A DNA stretch of 64,000 nucleotides from Escherichia coli (GCF_050320075.1 NZ_CP190018.1), one strand, 5' to 3'. Counted from the first letter of the stretch, positions 44,549 through 57,712 are shown. Notes: generated by a model from the letters alone, not told the origin. Translations and numbers: made by a program.

Positions 44549-45064
44549 TTAGAAGCGGTAACCAACACCGGCAATCCAGGTGCCTACGTCAACGCTACGA
44601 ATACGGCTCTGCTCGTAAGAGAAGTCCAGAGCAACGTTTTCCATCGGGTTGAACTGCAGACCAGCACCGTAGGAGAAACCGTAGTCGCTGGTGTCGTGTT
44701 TGTAGGTCGGGTATTCAGTGGTCTGGAATTTACCATAACCCACACCCACTACACCGTAGATGCTTGCCCAGTCGTTAATGCGGTAAGCCGGACCAGCAGT
44801 GATGCCGTAGTACTGGTTTTTGTTGTAGTCACCAGAGCTTGCAGTACGGCTTTTCTCGGTGTAAGTGAAAGAACCGATCACACCCAGCGGGCTGTTGTCT
44901 TCTTCATAGCGGTATTTCAGGTTGAAACCGCCCATTTTGTTCATTTGGCCCTGAGCGTCGCTCTGTGCGTAACCGCCAGTTACGGTAGAAGTTGCAGCTA
45001 CGGAAGTACCTGCGGTGAAAGCCAGAACTGCGGCCAGTGCTGAAAGACATGCAATTTTTTTCAT
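44549..45064 (-). CDS. ompX: Outer membrane protein OmpX
   Basis: ORF 44549..45070; start at ATG 45062-45064 (MKKIACLSALAAVLAFTAGTSVA); 171 aa; beta-barrel ending ...GVGYRF. Confidence 0.9.
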   Translation of the reverse strand: MKKIACLSALAAVLAFTAGTSVAATSTVTGGYAQSDAQGQMNKMGGFNLKYRYEEDNSPLGVIGSFTYTEKSRTASSGDYNKNQYYGITAGPAYRINDWASIYGVVGVGYGKFQTTEYPTYKHDTSDYGFSYGAGLQFNPMENVALDFSYEQSRIRSVDVGTWIAGVGYRF

Positions 45065-45416
45065 AACCACCTCAAATGTGATTCAAATAAGTCCTAAGTT
45101 TTAAATATATCAAAAATTAATGGGAAACTCTTCGCGATTTGTGATGTCTAACGGGCCATTTCATGTAACAGAACGTTTCCATACACCGCTATCCATCTAA
45201 ATTTAAATCACTTTTTCAGAGAACTGCGTAAGTATTACGCATGTTTTCCCTGTCATTCATCCAGATTATTCCTAATCACCAGACTAATGATTCCATCAAT
45301 CCTGGCGCATTTTAGTCAAAACGGGGGAAAATTTTTTCAACAAATGCTCAACCAGCATTGGGTATATCCAGTACACTCCACGCTTTACTTAAGTCTAGAT
45401 ATTTGTGGGAGAAAGG

Positions 45417-46304
45417 ATGCCTGGTTCATTACGTAAAATGCCGGTCTGGTTACCAATAGTCATATTGCTCGTTGCCATGGCGTCTATTCAGGGTGGAGCC
45501 TCGTTAGCTAAGTCACTTTTTCCTCTGGTGGGCGCACCGGGTGTCACTGCGCTGCGTCTGGCATTAGGAACGCTGATCCTCATCGCGTTCTTTAAGCCAT
45601 GGCGACTGCGCTTTGCCAAAGAGCAACGGTTACCGCTGTTGTTTTACGGCGTTTCGCTGGGGGGGATGAATTATCTTTTTTATCTTTCTATTCAGACGGT
45701 ACCGCTGGGTATTGCGGTGGCGCTGGAGTTCACCGGACCACTGGCGGTGGCGCTGTTCTCTTCTCGTCGCCCGGTAGATTTCGTCTGGGTTGTGCTGGCG
45801 GTTCTTGGTCTGTGGTTCCTGCTACCGCTGGGGCAAGACGTTTCCCATGTCGATTTAATCGGCTGTGCGCTGGCACTGGGGGCCGGGGCTTGTTGGGCTA
45901 TTTACATTTTAAGTGGGCAACGCGCAGGAGCGGAACATGGCCCTGCGACGGTGGCTATTGGTTCGTTGATTGCAGCGTTAATTTTCGTGCCAATTGGAGC
46001 GCTTCAGGCTGGTGAAGCACTCTGGCACTGGTCGGTTATTCCATTGGGTCTGGCGGTCGCTATTCTCTCGACCGCTCTGCCTTATTCGCTGGAAATGATT
46101 GCCCTCACCCGTTTGCCAACACGGACATTTGGTACGCTGATGAGCATGGAACCGGCGCTGGCTGCCGTTTCCGGGATGATTTTCCTCGGAGAAACACTGA
46201 CACCCATACAGCTGCTGGCGCTCGGCGCTATCATCGCCGCTTCAATGGGGTCTACGCTGACAGTACGCAAAGAGAGCAAAATAAAAGAATTAGACATTAA
46301 TTAA
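45417..46304 (+). CDS. rhtA: Threonine/homoserine exporter RhtA (DMT family)
   Basis: ORF 45405..46304; ATG 45417 (MPGSLRKMPVWLP); 295 aa. Confidence 0.9.
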   Translation: MPGSLRKMPVWLPIVILLVAMASIQGGASLAKSLFPLVGAPGVTALRLALGTLILIAFFKPWRLRFAKEQRLPLLFYGVSLGGMNYLFYLSIQTVPLGIAVALEFTGPLAVALFSSRRPVDFVWVVLAVLGLWFLLPLGQDVSHVDLIGCALALGAGACWAIYILSGQRAGAEHGPATVAIGSLIAALIFVPIGALQAGEALWHWSVIPLGLAVAILSTALPYSLEMIALTRLPTRTFGTLMSMEPALAAVSGMIFLGETLTPIQLLALGAIIAASMGSTLTVRKESKIKELDIN

Positions 46305-46312
46305 ATTTACAT

Positions 46313-46347
46313 TTCTGCATGGTTATGCATAACCATGCAGAATTTCT
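46313..46347 (+). terminator. Terminator after rhtA formed by a perfect 30-bp palindrome
   Basis: TTCTGCATGGTTATG|CATAACCATGCAGAA (46313-46342) followed by TTTCT. Confidence 0.65.
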
Positions 46348-46458
46348 CGCTACTTTTCCTCTACACCGTCTTTATATATCGAATTATGCAAAAGCATATT
46401 TATTCCGAAAATTCCTGGCGAGCCAATAAATAAGAATTGTTCTTATCAATATAACTAA

Positions 46459-47106
<648 letters not shown>

Positions 47107-47147
47107 ATCCATCGTTGATGGTGCAGAACTTTAGTACACGATAAAAG

Positions 47148-47178
47148 CGGCTTCCTGACAGGAGGCCGTTTTGTTTTG
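47148..47178 (+). terminator. Intrinsic terminator after dps
   Basis: CGGCTTCC-TGACA-GGAGGCCG stem (one G.U) followed by TTTTGTTTTG. Confidence 0.7.
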
Positions 47179-47323
47179 TAGCCCGCCTCAACGCACTTAT
47201 TTAGTGCATCCATCTGCTATCCCCAGCTGGTTAAGTAAATTTTTTGTATCCACATCATCACACAATCGTTACATAAAGATTGTTTTTTCATCAGGTTTTA
47301 CGCTAAATAATCACTGTGTTGAG

Positions 47324-47366
47324 TGCACAATTTTAGCGCACCAGTTTGGTGCCCCAGAATGGTGCA
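47324..47366 (+). promoter_or_regulatory. NtrC (NRI) binding-site cluster upstream of glnH
   Basis: TGCACAATTTTAGCGCA and GCACCAGTTTGGTGCC (consensus TGCACCA-N3-TGGTGCA) plus a further GGTGCA half-site. Confidence 0.6.
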
Positions 47367-47439
47367 TCTTCAGGGTATTGCCCTATAAATCGTGCATCAC
47401 GTTTTTGCCGCATCTCGAAAAATCAATGAGTTGCAAAAC

Positions 47440-47455
47440 TGGCACGATTTTTTCA
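47440..47455 (+). promoter_or_regulatory. Candidate sigma-54 promoter glnHp2 (non-consensus -12)
   Basis: TGGCACGATTTTTTCA: -24 GG present, -12 region reads TC instead of GC; ~55 nt upstream of glnH ATG. Confidence 0.5.
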
Positions 47456-47494
47456 TATATGTGAATGTCACGCAGGGGATCGTCCCGTGGATAG

Positions 47495-48256
<762 letters not shown>

Positions 48257-48289
48257 TAACGCTACGCCTGTAAAGCGCACTGGCAGTTC

Positions 48290-48310
48290 CCTCTCCCCTC
48301 TGGGGAGAGG
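48290..48310 (+). other. Intercistronic hairpin between glnH and glnP
   Basis: CCTCTCCCC-TCT-GGGGAGAGG 9-bp stem; no U-tract. Confidence 0.45.
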
Positions 48311-48394
48311 ATTAGGGTGAGGGGCGCAAACCCGCTCCGGGGCCATTAATTACCCTGAATTTGATTATTTACACCACGGTAACAGGAACAACAT

Positions 48395-49054
48395 ATGCAG
48401 TTTGACTGGAGTGCCATCTGGCCTGCCATTCCGCTTCTGATTGAAGGTGCCAAAATGACCCTGTGGATTTCGGTCCTCGGTTTGGCTGGCGGTCTGGTGA
48501 TCGGATTGCTGGCAGGTTTTGCACGCACCTTCGGTGGTTGGATAGCCAACCACGTCGCGCTGGTCTTTATTGAAGTGATCCGCGGCACACCTATCGTCGT
48601 CCAGGTGATGTTTATTTATTTCGCCCTGCCGATGGCGTTTAACGACTTACGCATCGACCCGTTTACTGCGGCGGTGGTCACCATCATGATCAACTCCGGC
48701 GCGTACATTGCGGAAATCACGCGTGGTGCGGTGCTGTCTATTCACAAAGGTTTTCGTGAAGCAGGACTGGCGCTCGGTCTTTCACGTTGGGAAACCATTC
48801 GCTACGTCATTTTACCGCTGGCACTGCGTCGTATGCTGCCGCCGCTGGGTAACCAGTGGATCATCAGTATAAAAGATACCTCGCTGTTTATTGTTATCGG
48901 CGTGGCGGAACTGACCCGTCAGGGGCAAGAAATTATTGCCGGTAACTTCCGCGCCCTTGAGATCTGGAGCGCCGTGGCGGTGTTCTATCTGATTATTACC
49001 CTGGTGCTGAGCTTTATTCTGCGTCGTCTGGAAAGAAGGATGAAAATCCTGTGA
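48395..49054 (+). CDS. glnP: Glutamine ABC transporter permease GlnP
   Basis: 219-aa ORF, ABC permease. Confidence 0.9.
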
Positions 49055-49773
49055 TTGAATTTAAAAACGTCTCCAAGCATTTTGGTCCAACCCAGGTGCT
49101 GCACAATATCGATTTGAACATTGCTCAGGGCGAAGTCGTGGTGATTATCGGGCCGTCCGGTTCCGGTAAATCGACCCTGCTGCGCTGCATCAACAAACTG
49201 GAAGAAATCACTTCCGGCGATCTGATTGTCGATGGCCTGAAGGTTAACGATCCGAAAGTTGACGAGCGCCTGATTCGCCAGGAAGCAGGTATGGTGTTCC
49301 AGCAGTTTTACCTCTTCCCGCATCTGACGGCGCTGGAAAACGTCATGTTTGGTCCGCTACGCGTGCGTGGCGCGAACAAAGAAGAGGCGGAAAAACTGGC
49401 GCGTGAGCTGCTGGCGAAAGTCGGCCTGGCAGAACGCGCTCACCACTACCCTTCCGAGCTTTCTGGTGGTCAGCAACAGCGTGTGGCGATTGCCCGTGCG
49501 CTGGCGGTAAAACCGAAAATGATGCTGTTCGATGAACCGACTTCCGCTCTTGACCCGGAACTGCGCCATGAAGTGCTGAAGGTTATGCAGGACCTGGCTG
49601 AAGAAGGGATGACGATGGTGATCGTGACCCACGAAATCGGTTTTGCCGAGAAAGTAGCTTCGCGCCTGATCTTTATCGACAAAGGCCGGATTGCGGAAGA
49701 TGGCGATCCGCAGGTGTTAATCAAGAACCCACCGAGCCAGCGCTTGCAGGAATTTTTGCAGCACGTCTCTTAA
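49051..49773 (+). CDS. glnQ: Glutamine ABC transporter ATPase GlnQ
   Basis: 240-aa ORF; Walker [10 protein letters not shown] and signature LSGGQQQR. Confidence 0.9.
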
Positions 49774-49780
49774 CTTCTCA

Positions 49781-49806
49781 GCCTCCCTTTCCCCCGAAAG
49801 GGAGGC
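49781..49806 (+). terminator. Hairpin after glnQ
   Basis: GCCTCCCTTT-CCCCCG-AAAGGGAGGC 10-bp stem; weak U-tract. Confidence 0.5.
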
Positions 49807-49889
49807 ACACCAGATTCCTCTCATTTAAAATCGCCCCTCCCCCAGCATCTATACTTATCTTTTTGCTCTGTTTTCTCACTGGAGGAGTC

Positions 49890-52115
49890 ATGCGGTGGAT
49901 CCTGTTCATCCTCTTCTGCCTGCTGGGCGCACCTGCCCACGCGGTATCCATACCCGGCGTTACAACCACAACGACAACGGACTCAACGACTGAACCGGCC
50001 CCGGAACCGGATATCGAACAAAAAAAAGCGGCCTATGGCGCACTGGCGGATGTGCTGGATAATGACACCTCGCGTAAAGAGTTGATCGACCAGTTGCGCA
50101 CCGTCGCCGCGACGCCCCCTGCGGAACCCGTACCGAAGATCGTGCCGCCGACGCTGGTTGAAGAGCAAACCGTGCTGCAAAAAGTCACCGAAGTCAGCCG
50201 CCATTATGGTGAAGCCCTTTCCGCCCGCTTCGGACAACTTTATCGCAATATCACCGGCTCCCCGCATAAGCCGTTTAATCCACAAACCTTCAGCAATGCG
50301 TTGACCCATTTTTCAATGTTAGCGGTATTAGTGTTTGGTTTTTACTGGCTGATTCGTCTGTGCGCACTGCCGCTGTATCGCAAAATGGGCCAGTGGGCGC
50401 GGCAAAAAAATCGCGAACGCAGCAACTGGTTGCAGCTTCCGGCGATGATTATCGGGGCGTTTATTATCGACCTGCTGTTACTGGCACTGACATTATTTGT
50501 CGGTCAGGTTTTAAGCGACAACCTGAATGCGGGCAGTCGCACCATCGCTTTCCAACAAAGTTTGTTTCTCAGCGCCTTTGCCCTGATTGAATTTTTCAAA
50601 GCCGTACTACGCCTGATTTTTTGCCCAAACGTGGCGGAACTGCGCCCGTTCACGATACAGGACGAGAGCGCCCGTTACTGGAGTCGCCGCCTGAGCTGGT
50701 TAAGCAGTTTGATAGGTTATGGCCTGATTGTGGCCGTGCCGATTATCTCTAATCAGGTGAATGTACAAATTGGCGCGCTGGCGAACGTCATCATTATGCT
50801 GTGCATGACCATCTGGGCGTTGTACCTGATCTTTCGTAATAAAAAAGAGATTACCCAACATTTGCTCAACTTTGCGGAGCATTCGCTGGCCTTTTTCAGC
50901 TTGTTTATCCGCGCCTTTGCGCTGGTGTGGCACTGGCTGGCAAGCGCCTATTTTATCGTGCTGTTTTTCTTTTCGTTGTTCGATCCGGGCAACAGCCTGA
51001 AATTTATGATGGGTGCAACGGTGCGCAGCCTGGCGATTATTGGTATCGCAGCATTTGTTTCCGGTATGTTTTCCCGCTGGCTGGCAAAAACCATCACCCT
51101 CTCGCCACATACTCAGCGTAACTATCCAGAACTGCAAAAACGGTTGAATGGCTGGCTGTCGGCGGCGCTGAAAACGGCGCGTATTCTGACAGTCTGCGTG
51201 GCGGTAATGTTGCTGTTGAGCGCATGGGGATTGTTCGATTTCTGGAACTGGCTGCAAAACGGCGCGGGGCAGAAAACTGTAGATATCCTGATCCGTATCG
51301 CACTCATTCTTTTCTTCTCGGCGGTTGGCTGGACAGTGCTCGCCAGTTTGATCGAAAACCGGCTGGCTTCGGATATTCATGGCCGCCCGCTACCCAGCGC
51401 CCGTACGCGTACCCTGCTGACGCTGTTTCGTAACGCGCTGGCGGTGATTATCAGTACCATCACCATCATGATTGTGTTGTCGGAAATCGGCGTCAATATC
51501 GCGCCATTGCTGGCAGGTGCCGGTGCATTGGGGCTGGCTATCTCTTTTGGTTCGCAAACGCTGGTGAAAGATATTATCACCGGGGTATTTATTCAGTTTG
51601 AAAACGGCATGAACACTGGAGATTTGGTGACTATCGGGCCGTTGACCGGCACTGTGGAACGGATGTCGATTCGCTCCGTGGGCGTGCGTCAGGATACCGG
51701 GGCGTATCACATCATTCCGTGGTCTTCGATTACCACCTTTGCTAACTTTGTCCGCGGCATTGGTTCGGTAGTGGCAAATTACGATGTTGATCGCCATGAA
51801 GATGCTGATAAAGCCAATCAGGCACTGAAAGATGCGGTAACGGAATTGATGGAAAACGAAGATATTCGCGGGCTGATTATTGGTGAACCGAACTTTGCCG
51901 GGATTGTCGGCTTAAGCAATACCGCGTTTACACTGCGTGTTTCGTTCACCACGCTGCCACTCAAACAGTGGACGGTACGCTTTGCCCTCGACAGCCAGGT
52001 GAAAAAACATTTCGACCTGGCGGGCGTTCGCGCGCCAGTGCAGACTTATCAGGTGCTGCCTGCTCCGGGCGCGACCCCGGCTGCACCGCTGCCGCCGGGG
52101 GAGCCAACGCTTTAA
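49890..52115 (+). CDS. ybiO: Mechanosensitive channel YbiO (MscS/MscK family)
   Basis: ORF 49863..52115; ATG 49890 after GGAGG SD; signal peptide, multiple TM segments and MscS-like C-terminal domain. Confidence 0.85.
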   Translation: MRWILFILFCLLGAPAHAVSIPGVTTTTTTDSTTEPAPEPDIEQKKAAYGALADVLDNDTSRKELIDQLRTVAATPPAEPVPKIVPPTLVEEQTVLQKVTEVSRHYGEALSARFGQLYRNITGSPHKPFNPQTFSNALTHFSMLAVLVFGFYWLIRLCALPLYRKMGQWARQKNRERSNWLQLPAMIIGAFIIDLLLLALTLFVGQVLSDNLNAGSRTIAFQQSLFLSAFALIEFFKAVLRLIFCPNVAELRPFTIQDESARYWSRRLSWLSSLIGYGLIVAVPIISNQVNVQIGALANVIIMLCMTIWALYLIFRNKKEITQHLLNFAEHSLAFFSLFIRAFALVWHWLASAYFIVLFFFSLFDPGNSLKFMMGATVRSLAIIGIAAFVSGMFSRWLAKTITLSPHTQRNYPELQKRLNGWLSAALKTARILTVCVAVMLLLSAWGLFDFWNWLQNGAGQKTVDILIRIALILFFSAVGWTVLASLIENRLASDIHGRPLPSARTRTLLTLFRNALAVIISTITIMIVLSEIGVNIAPLLAGAGALGLAISFGSQTLVKDIITGVFIQFENGMNTGDLVTIGPLTGTVERMSIRSVGVRQDTGAYHIIPWSSITTFANFVRGIGSVVANYDVDRHEDADKANQALKDAVTELMENEDIRGLIIGEPNFAGIVGLSNTAFTLRVSFTTLPLKQWTVRFALDSQVKKHFDLAGVRAPVQTYQVLPAPGATPAAPLPPGEPTL

Positions 52116-53038
52116 CGTTGGCGATTAACAAAACGGCGGCGCTGCTCGTCGTTCATAAAGGTCCAGGCAATAAAGCGACTCTGCTTTTGCCCCTGGGCCA
52201 TCTCTTTTTTAACCACCTTCACCGCGCCCACGTCCGTCAGAGCACGATACAACGGCGGTAAGTTTTCACCACGAGATACCAGCGAGGTAAACCACATCAC
52301 CTGCTTCGCGAAGCCTTTGCTCTCTTCAATCATCTTTTTGATAAAGGCGACTTCACCGCCTTCACACCACAACTCCTGTTGCTGACCACCAAAGTTCAGT
52401 GCATCGTCTTTGTTCAGCCCCAGGTTACGGCGTTTACGCTCACTACCTGCCCGCGCCGCAGCGGCGGAATCGTGGAATGGCGGGTTACACAAGGTCGCGT
52501 CGTATTGCTCGTTTTTATGGATAATGCCGTTAAAAATCGCCCCACTCTCTTTTTGCCGACGCAGACGAATGGCGCGGTTAAGCCCCGGATTAGCACTGAT
52601 GATCGCCTGCACACTGCTTAACGCCTGGCTGCTGGTTTCACTACCGGTAAAACGCCAGCCATATTCATGTACGCCAATCAGCGGATAAATACAGTTCGCA
52701 CCAACGCCGATATCCAGAATGCTGGCATTCGCTGGAATTGTTCCGCTTGCTTCGGCCAGTAAATCGGCAAGGTGATGAATATAATCCGCCCGGCCCGGTA
52801 CTGGTGGGCAGAGAAAACCGTCCGGGATATCCCAGTTCGCTACGGCGTAAAAATGGGCCAGCAACGCCTTATTGAGCGCCTTCACCGCCAGCGGATTGGC
52901 AAAGTCTACGCTTTGCTCCCCGGCGGGTGTAAGCGTGAGGAATTGCCTGAGTTCAGGATTGACCTGACAAAGCGTGGCGAGATCGTAGCGGCTGTGATGA
53001 CGGTTGCGCGGATGCAACCCCGGTTTCTGGGCGGACAT
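52112..53038 (-). CDS. rlmF: 23S rRNA m6A1618 methyltransferase RlmF
   Basis: ORF 52112..53128; start at ATG 53036-53038 ([15 protein letters not shown]); 308 aa; NPPF motif. Confidence 0.85.
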   Translation of the reverse strand: MSAQKPGLHPRNRHHSRYDLATLCQVNPELRQFLTLTPAGEQSVDFANPLAVKALNKALLAHFYAVANWDIPDGFLCPPVPGRADYIHHLADLLAEASGTIPANASILDIGVGANCIYPLIGVHEYGWRFTGSETSSQALSSVQAIISANPGLNRAIRLRRQKESGAIFNGIIHKNEQYDATLCNPPFHDSAAAARAGSERKRRNLGLNKDDALNFGGQQQELWCEGGEVAFIKKMIEESKGFAKQVMWFTSLVSRGENLPPLYRALTDVGAVKVVKKEMAQGQKQSRFIAWTFMNDEQRRRFVNRQR

Positions 53039-53313
53039 AGCATTCTCCTTTAAGCAGCGGCGTAAGATACCCGCATAACGCGACAGGGTAAATATCTGGC
53101 TGCGTTTATCATTTCTAAAAACCTTCACATGGCTATGGTTTATGGCAATTCACCATAAAAATCATCATCATGCATGTTATTGATTTGTCTTATTTTGTAA
53201 AAATATATCGTTCAAAAAATAAGCGCATCTCTGTCAATTTTTTGCGTCATTTTCATCGCGCAGGCGACCTACACTTATCTGGCACTACCCGTTGTATTTA
53301 TGAGGATGTCATT

Positions 53314-53574
53314 ATGAAAAAGTGCCTCACACTACTGATTGCCACCGTCCTGAGCGGAATCTCTCTCACGGCTTATGCCGCGCAACCGATGAGTAACCTG
53401 GACAGCGGTCAGCTACGGCCCGCCGGTACCGTTTCGGCAACTGGCGCATCAAACCTAAGCGATCTGGAGGATAAACTGGCAGAAAAAGCGCGCGAGCAAG
53501 GCGCGAAAGGTTATGTCATTAATTCCGCAGGCGGAAATGACCAGATGTTCGGTACTGCAACCATCTACAAATAA
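53314..53574 (+). CDS. mcbA: YdgH/BhsA/McbA-family periplasmic protein McbA (YbiM)
   Basis: ORF 53170..53574; start at ATG 53314 (MKKCLTLLIATVLSGISLTAYA); 86 aa; paralogous to ybiJ at 57445. Confidence 0.85.
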   Translation: MKKCLTLLIATVLSGISLTAYAAQPMSNLDSGQLRPAGTVSATGASNLSDLEDKLAEKAREQGAKGYVINSAGGNDQMFGTATIYK

Positions 53575-53586
53575 CCCCACCAACGT

Positions 53587-53625
53587 AACTGCATTCGCCT
53601 CTGGATGCAGTTTTCGCCTGTTTTG
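53587..53625 (+). terminator. Candidate terminator after mcbA
   Basis: AACTGCATTC...GGATGCAGTT stem followed by TTTTCGCCTGTTTT. Confidence 0.45.
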
Positions 53626-53708
53626 TAATCAAAAAACATCAAATATGAACGCAATGTAAATAAATGTATTTCTTTTTCGCGCAATGGGTGATAGAAAATC
53701 GCGCCAAG

Positions 53709-53735
53709 TGATAATGCTTATCAAAATTATTATCA
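53709..53735 (+). promoter_or_regulatory. Fur box upstream of fiu
   Basis: GATAATGCTTATCAAAATTATTATC resembles GATAATGATAATCATTATC. Confidence 0.6.
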
Positions 53736-53838
53736 CTTGCACGAACACTATCACGAGATTAACAGTGGCATCGCATCCGCAGAGAGGCTTTCTCGTGGCA
53801 GTGAAAATTTCAACATATAAGAAAAAGTCACCTGCAAA

Positions 53839-56121
53839 ATGGAAAACAATCGCAATTTCCCTGCCAGACAATTTCATTCGCTCACGTTCTTTGCCGGTCT
53901 TTGTATTGGTATTACGCCTGTGGCACAGGCACTCGCCGCCGAAGGGCAAGCTAACGCGGATGACACGCTGGTTGTCGAAGCATCAACGCCTTCGCTTTAT
54001 GCGCCACAACAATCTGCAGATCCGAAATTCTCGCGTCCGGTAGCGGATACTACCCGCACGATGACGGTGATTTCTGAACAAGTGATTAAAGATCAGGGCG
54101 CAACCAACCTTACCGACGCACTCAAAAACGTCCCCGGCGTGGGTGCGTTTTTTGCGGGTGAGAACGGTAACTCCACCACTGGCGACGCCATTTATATGCG
54201 CGGTGCTGATACCTCTAACAGTATTTATATTGATGGCATTCGCGATATCGGCAGCGTCTCGCGCGACACCTTCAATACCGAGCAGGTCGAAGTGATTAAA
54301 GGGCCGTCCGGCACCGACTACGGGCGCAGCGCACCGACAGGCTCGATCAATATGATCAGCAAGCAGCCGCGCAATGATTCCGGCATTGACGCCTCCGCCA
54401 GTATTGGTAGCGCCTGGTTCCGCCGCGGCACGCTGGACGTCAATCAGGTCATTGGTGATACCACCGCGGCGCGCCTGAATGTGATGGGCGAAAAAACGCA
54501 CGATGCCGGACGCGACAAAGTCAAAAATGAGCGTTACGGCATCGCCCCTTCTGTCGCTTTTGGCCTTGGTACAGCGAATCGTTTGTATCTTAATTATCTG
54601 CATGTCACCCAGCACAACACGCCAGACGGCGGCATTCCGACCATCGGTTTGCCGGGCTATTCTGCCCCATCTGCGGGAACGGCGGCCCTGAATCATTCCG
54701 GAAAAGTTGATACGCATAACTTTTACGGCACGGATTCCGATTACGACGATTCGACCACCGACACCGCTACCATGCGTTTTGAGCACGACATCAACGATAA
54801 CACCACCATTCGCAATACTACCCGTTGGTCGCGCGTGAAGCAGGATTACCTGATGACGGCGATTATGGGTGGGGCGTCGAATATTACCCAGCCCACCAGC
54901 GATGTGAATAGCTGGACCTGGTCACGCACGGCGAATACTAAAGATGTGAGTAATAAAATTCTCACCAACCAGACCAACCTGACCTCGACGTTCTATACCG
55001 CTTCTATCGGTCATGATGTCAGTACCGGCGTGGAATTTACCCGTGAAACGCAGACTAACTACGGCGTTAATCCGGTGACGTTACCTGCGGTAAATATTTA
55101 TCATCCTGACAGCAGCATTCATCCCGGCGGCCTGACGCGCAACGGCGCAAACGCCAATGGTCAGACGGATACCTTCGCAATTTACGCCTTCGATACGCTG
55201 CAAATCACCCGTGATTTTGAGCTGAACGGCGGGATCCGTCTGGATAATTATCATACTGAATATGACAGTGCCACCGCTTGCGGCGGCAGCGGACGCGGTG
55301 CCATCACCTGCCCAGCTGGTGTGGCAAAAGGTTCTCCGGTCACCACCGTCGACACCGCCAAGTCGGGCAATCTGGTGAACTGGAAAGCCGGGGCGCTGTA
55401 TCACCTGACGGAAAACGGTAATGTCTATATTAACTATGCCGTTTCCCAGCAGCCTCCGGGCGGCAACAACTTCGCCCTTGCGCAGTCTGGCAGCGGTAAC
55501 AGTGCCAACCGCACCGATTTTAAACCGCAAAAAGCCAACACCAGCGAGATTGGCACCAAATGGCAGGTTCTGGATAAACGCCTGTTGCTCACCGCCGCGC
55601 TGTTCCGTACTGATATCGAAAATGAAGTTGAGCAAAATGATGACGGAACTTACTCGCAATACGGTAAGAAACGCGTCGAAGGCTATGAGATATCCGTGGC
55701 CGGGAATATCACTCCCGCGTGGCAGGTGATTGGCGGCTATACCCAGCAAAAAGCAACCATCAAAAACGGCAAAGATGTTGCCCAGGATGGTTCCTCATCG
55801 CTGCCGTATACCCCGGAGCACGCCTTTACCTTATGGAGCCAGTATCAGGCAACCGATGATATTTCCGTTGGTGCGGGCGCACGCTATATCGGCAGTATGC
55901 ATAAAGGTTCTGACGGCGCGGTGGGAACGCCAGCGTTTACCGAAGGTTATTGGGTCGCCGACGCTAAACTGGGGTATCGGGTTAATCGCAATCTCGACTT
56001 CCAGCTAAACGTCTACAACCTGTTTGATACCGATTACGTCGCCTCAATCAACAAGAGCGGCTACCGTTATCACCCGGGCGAGCCAAGAACCTTCTTGCTC
56101 ACGGCCAATATGCATTTCTGA
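53839..56121 (+). CDS. fiu: TonB-dependent catecholate siderophore receptor Fiu
   Basis: 760-aa ORF; signal peptide, TonB box and C-terminal aromatic residue (...LTANMHF). Confidence 0.9.
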   Translation: MENNRNFPARQFHSLTFFAGLCIGITPVAQALAAEGQANADDTLVVEASTPSLYAPQQSADPKFSRPVADTTRTMTVISEQVIKDQGATNLTDALKNVPGVGAFFAGENGNSTTGDAIYMRGADTSNSIYIDGIRDIGSVSRDTFNTEQVEVIKGPSGTDYGRSAPTGSINMISKQPRNDSGIDASASIGSAWFRRGTLDVNQVIGDTTAARLNVMGEKTHDAGRDKVKNERYGIAPSVAFGLGTANRLYLNYLHVTQHNTPDGGIPTIGLPGYSAPSAGTAALNHSGKVDTHNFYGTDSDYDDSTTDTATMRFEHDINDNTTIRNTTRWSRVKQDYLMTAIMGGASNITQPTSDVNSWTWSRTANTKDVSNKILTNQTNLTSTFYTASIGHDVSTGVEFTRETQTNYGVNPVTLPAVNIYHPDSSIHPGGLTRNGANANGQTDTFAIYAFDTLQITRDFELNGGIRLDNYHTEYDSATACGGSGRGAITCPAGVAKGSPVTTVDTAKSGNLVNWKAGALYHLTENGNVYINYAVSQQPPGGNNFALAQSGSGNSANRTDFKPQKANTSEIGTKWQVLDKRLLLTAALFRTDIENEVEQNDDGTYSQYGKKRVEGYEISVAGNITPAWQVIGGYTQQKATIKNGKDVAQDGSSSLPYTPEHAFTLWSQYQATDDISVGAGARYIGSMHKGSDGAVGTPAFTEGYWVADAKLGYRVNRNLDFQLNVYNLFDTDYVASINKSGYRYHPGEPRTFLLTANMHF

Positions 56122-56162
56122 TTCAGATGTGGGGCGCAGGCCCCACTTTTTGGAGAACTTGT

Positions 56163-56840
56163 ATGATGTACCACATTCCCGGCGTGCTATCGCCAAAGGA
56201 CGTCGCCCGTTTTCGCGAACAACTGGAACAAGCCGAATGGGTGGATGGACGCGTCACCACCGGCGCACAAGGTGCGCAAGTTAAGAACAATCAACAGGTA
56301 GACACCCGCAGCACGTTATACGCCGCCCTGCAAAATGAGGTGCTGAACGCGGTTAACCAACATGCTTTGTTCTTTGCCGCGGCCTTGCCGCGTACCCTTT
56401 CCACGCCGCTGTTTAATCGCTATCAGAACAATGAAACTTATGGTTTTCATGTGGATGGCGCAGTACGCAGTCACCCACAAAACGGCTGGATGCGCACTGA
56501 CCTTTCTGCCACGCTGTTTTTAAGCGATCCACAAAGCTACGATGGCGGCGAACTGGTCGTTAATGACACCTTCGGGCAACATCGGGTAAAACTTCCGGCA
56601 GGCGATCTGGTGTTGTATCCCTCCAGCAGCTTGCATTGCGTGACACCCGTAACCCGCGGCGTACGAGTGGCATCATTTATGTGGATCCAGTCGATGATCC
56701 GTGATGATAAAAAGCGCGCCATGCTGTTTGAACTGGACAACAATATTCAGTCGCTGAAAAGCCGCTACGGCGAAAGTGAAGAGATCCTGTCGCTGCTCAA
56801 TCTTTATCATAATCTGCTGCGGGAATGGTCGGAGATCTGA
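56163..56840 (+). CDS. ybiX: Fe(II)/2-oxoglutarate-dependent (PKHD-type) hydroxylase YbiX
   Basis: ORF 56127..56840; ATG 56163 after GGAGAA SD; 225 aa; HVD iron-binding motif (GFHVDG). Confidence 0.85.
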   Translation: MMYHIPGVLSPKDVARFREQLEQAEWVDGRVTTGAQGAQVKNNQQVDTRSTLYAALQNEVLNAVNQHALFFAAALPRTLSTPLFNRYQNNETYGFHVDGAVRSHPQNGWMRTDLSATLFLSDPQSYDGGELVVNDTFGQHRVKLPAGDLVLYPSSSLHCVTPVTRGVRVASFMWIQSMIRDDKKRAMLFELDNNIQSLKSRYGESEEILSLLNLYHNLLREWSEI

Positions 56841-56913
56841 CGCTTGAACTGCCCGAGTTCGTCCCTATATTAGCTACACTTAACTGTACAAGTATTGATA
56901 TGGGGAGGACGAT

Positions 56914-57180
56914 ATGGCATCCGGTTGGGCTAACGATGACGCCGTCAACGAACAGATCAACAGTACAATTGAAGATGCGATTGCCCGCGCTCGGGGTGAA
57001 ATTCCGCGTGGCGAAAGCCTGTATGAATGTGAAGAGTGCGGAGCCCCCATCCCGCAAGCCCGTCGGGAAGCCATTCCTGGTGTGCGCTTATGCATTCATT
57101 GTCAGCAGGAGAAAGATTTACAAAAACCAGCTTATACAGGATATAATCGCAGAGGTTCGAAAGACAGCCAGTTACGTTAA
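56914..57180 (+). CDS. ybiI: DksA/TraR-type zinc-finger protein YbiI
   Basis: 88-aa ORF with CxxC...CxxC (CEECGAPIP...CIHCQ). Confidence 0.85.
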   Translation: MASGWANDDAVNEQINSTIEDAIARARGEIPRGESLYECEECGAPIPQARREAIPGVRLCIHCQQEKDLQKPAYTGYNRRGSKDSQLR

Positions 57181-57444
57181 CTACAACTGGCGGGATGTAT
57201 AGCGAGTATAATTTGTATTTTGCGTGGCATTCCGTGCCTTTAACGCTGTCGTGACTGCCACGCTGCATAAAACAAGTCCATAAGTTCAACAAATAAATGG
57301 ATTATCAGTATGTTAGATATCAATCAATTTATTTGAACAAGGCGGTCAATTCTCTTCGATTTTATCTCTCGAAAAAAAACGTGATACTCATCACATCGAC
57401 GAAACAACGTCACTTATACAAAAATCACCTGCGAGAGATTAATT

Positions 57445-57705
57445 ATGAAAACTATCAATACTGTTGTTGCTGCTATGGCTCTTTCAACTCTGTCATTTGG
57501 CGTGTTTGCCGCGGAACCGGTAACGGCATCCCAGGCACAGAACATGAATAAAATCGGCGTGGTTTCTGCCGATGGCGCATCCACCCTCGATGCCCTGGAA
57601 GCGAAACTGGCTGAGAAAGCTGCGGCAGCTGGGGCGAGTGGATACAGTATCACTTCTGCCACCAACAACAATAAATTAAGCGGTACTGCGGTAATTTATA
57701 AGTAA
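57445..57705 (+). CDS. ybiJ: YdgH/BhsA/McbA-family periplasmic protein YbiJ
   Basis: 86-aa ORF with signal peptide; same family as mcbA. Confidence 0.85.
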   Translation: MKTINTVVAAMALSTLSFGVFAAEPVTASQAQNMNKIGVVSADGASTLDALEAKLAEKAAAAGASGYSITSATNNNKLSGTAVIYK

Positions 57706-57712
57706 TTCGTAA

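Noticed and set aside
49923-49990. Run of ACN codons (Thr-rich, [13 protein letters not shown]) that looks like a tandem repeat
   Set aside because: It is in frame within ybiO and encodes a low-complexity linker after the signal peptide; not an independent repeat element.
55081-55749. 222-aa antisense ORF inside fiu
   Set aside because: Fully embedded antisense in a TonB-dependent receptor gene; no independent support.
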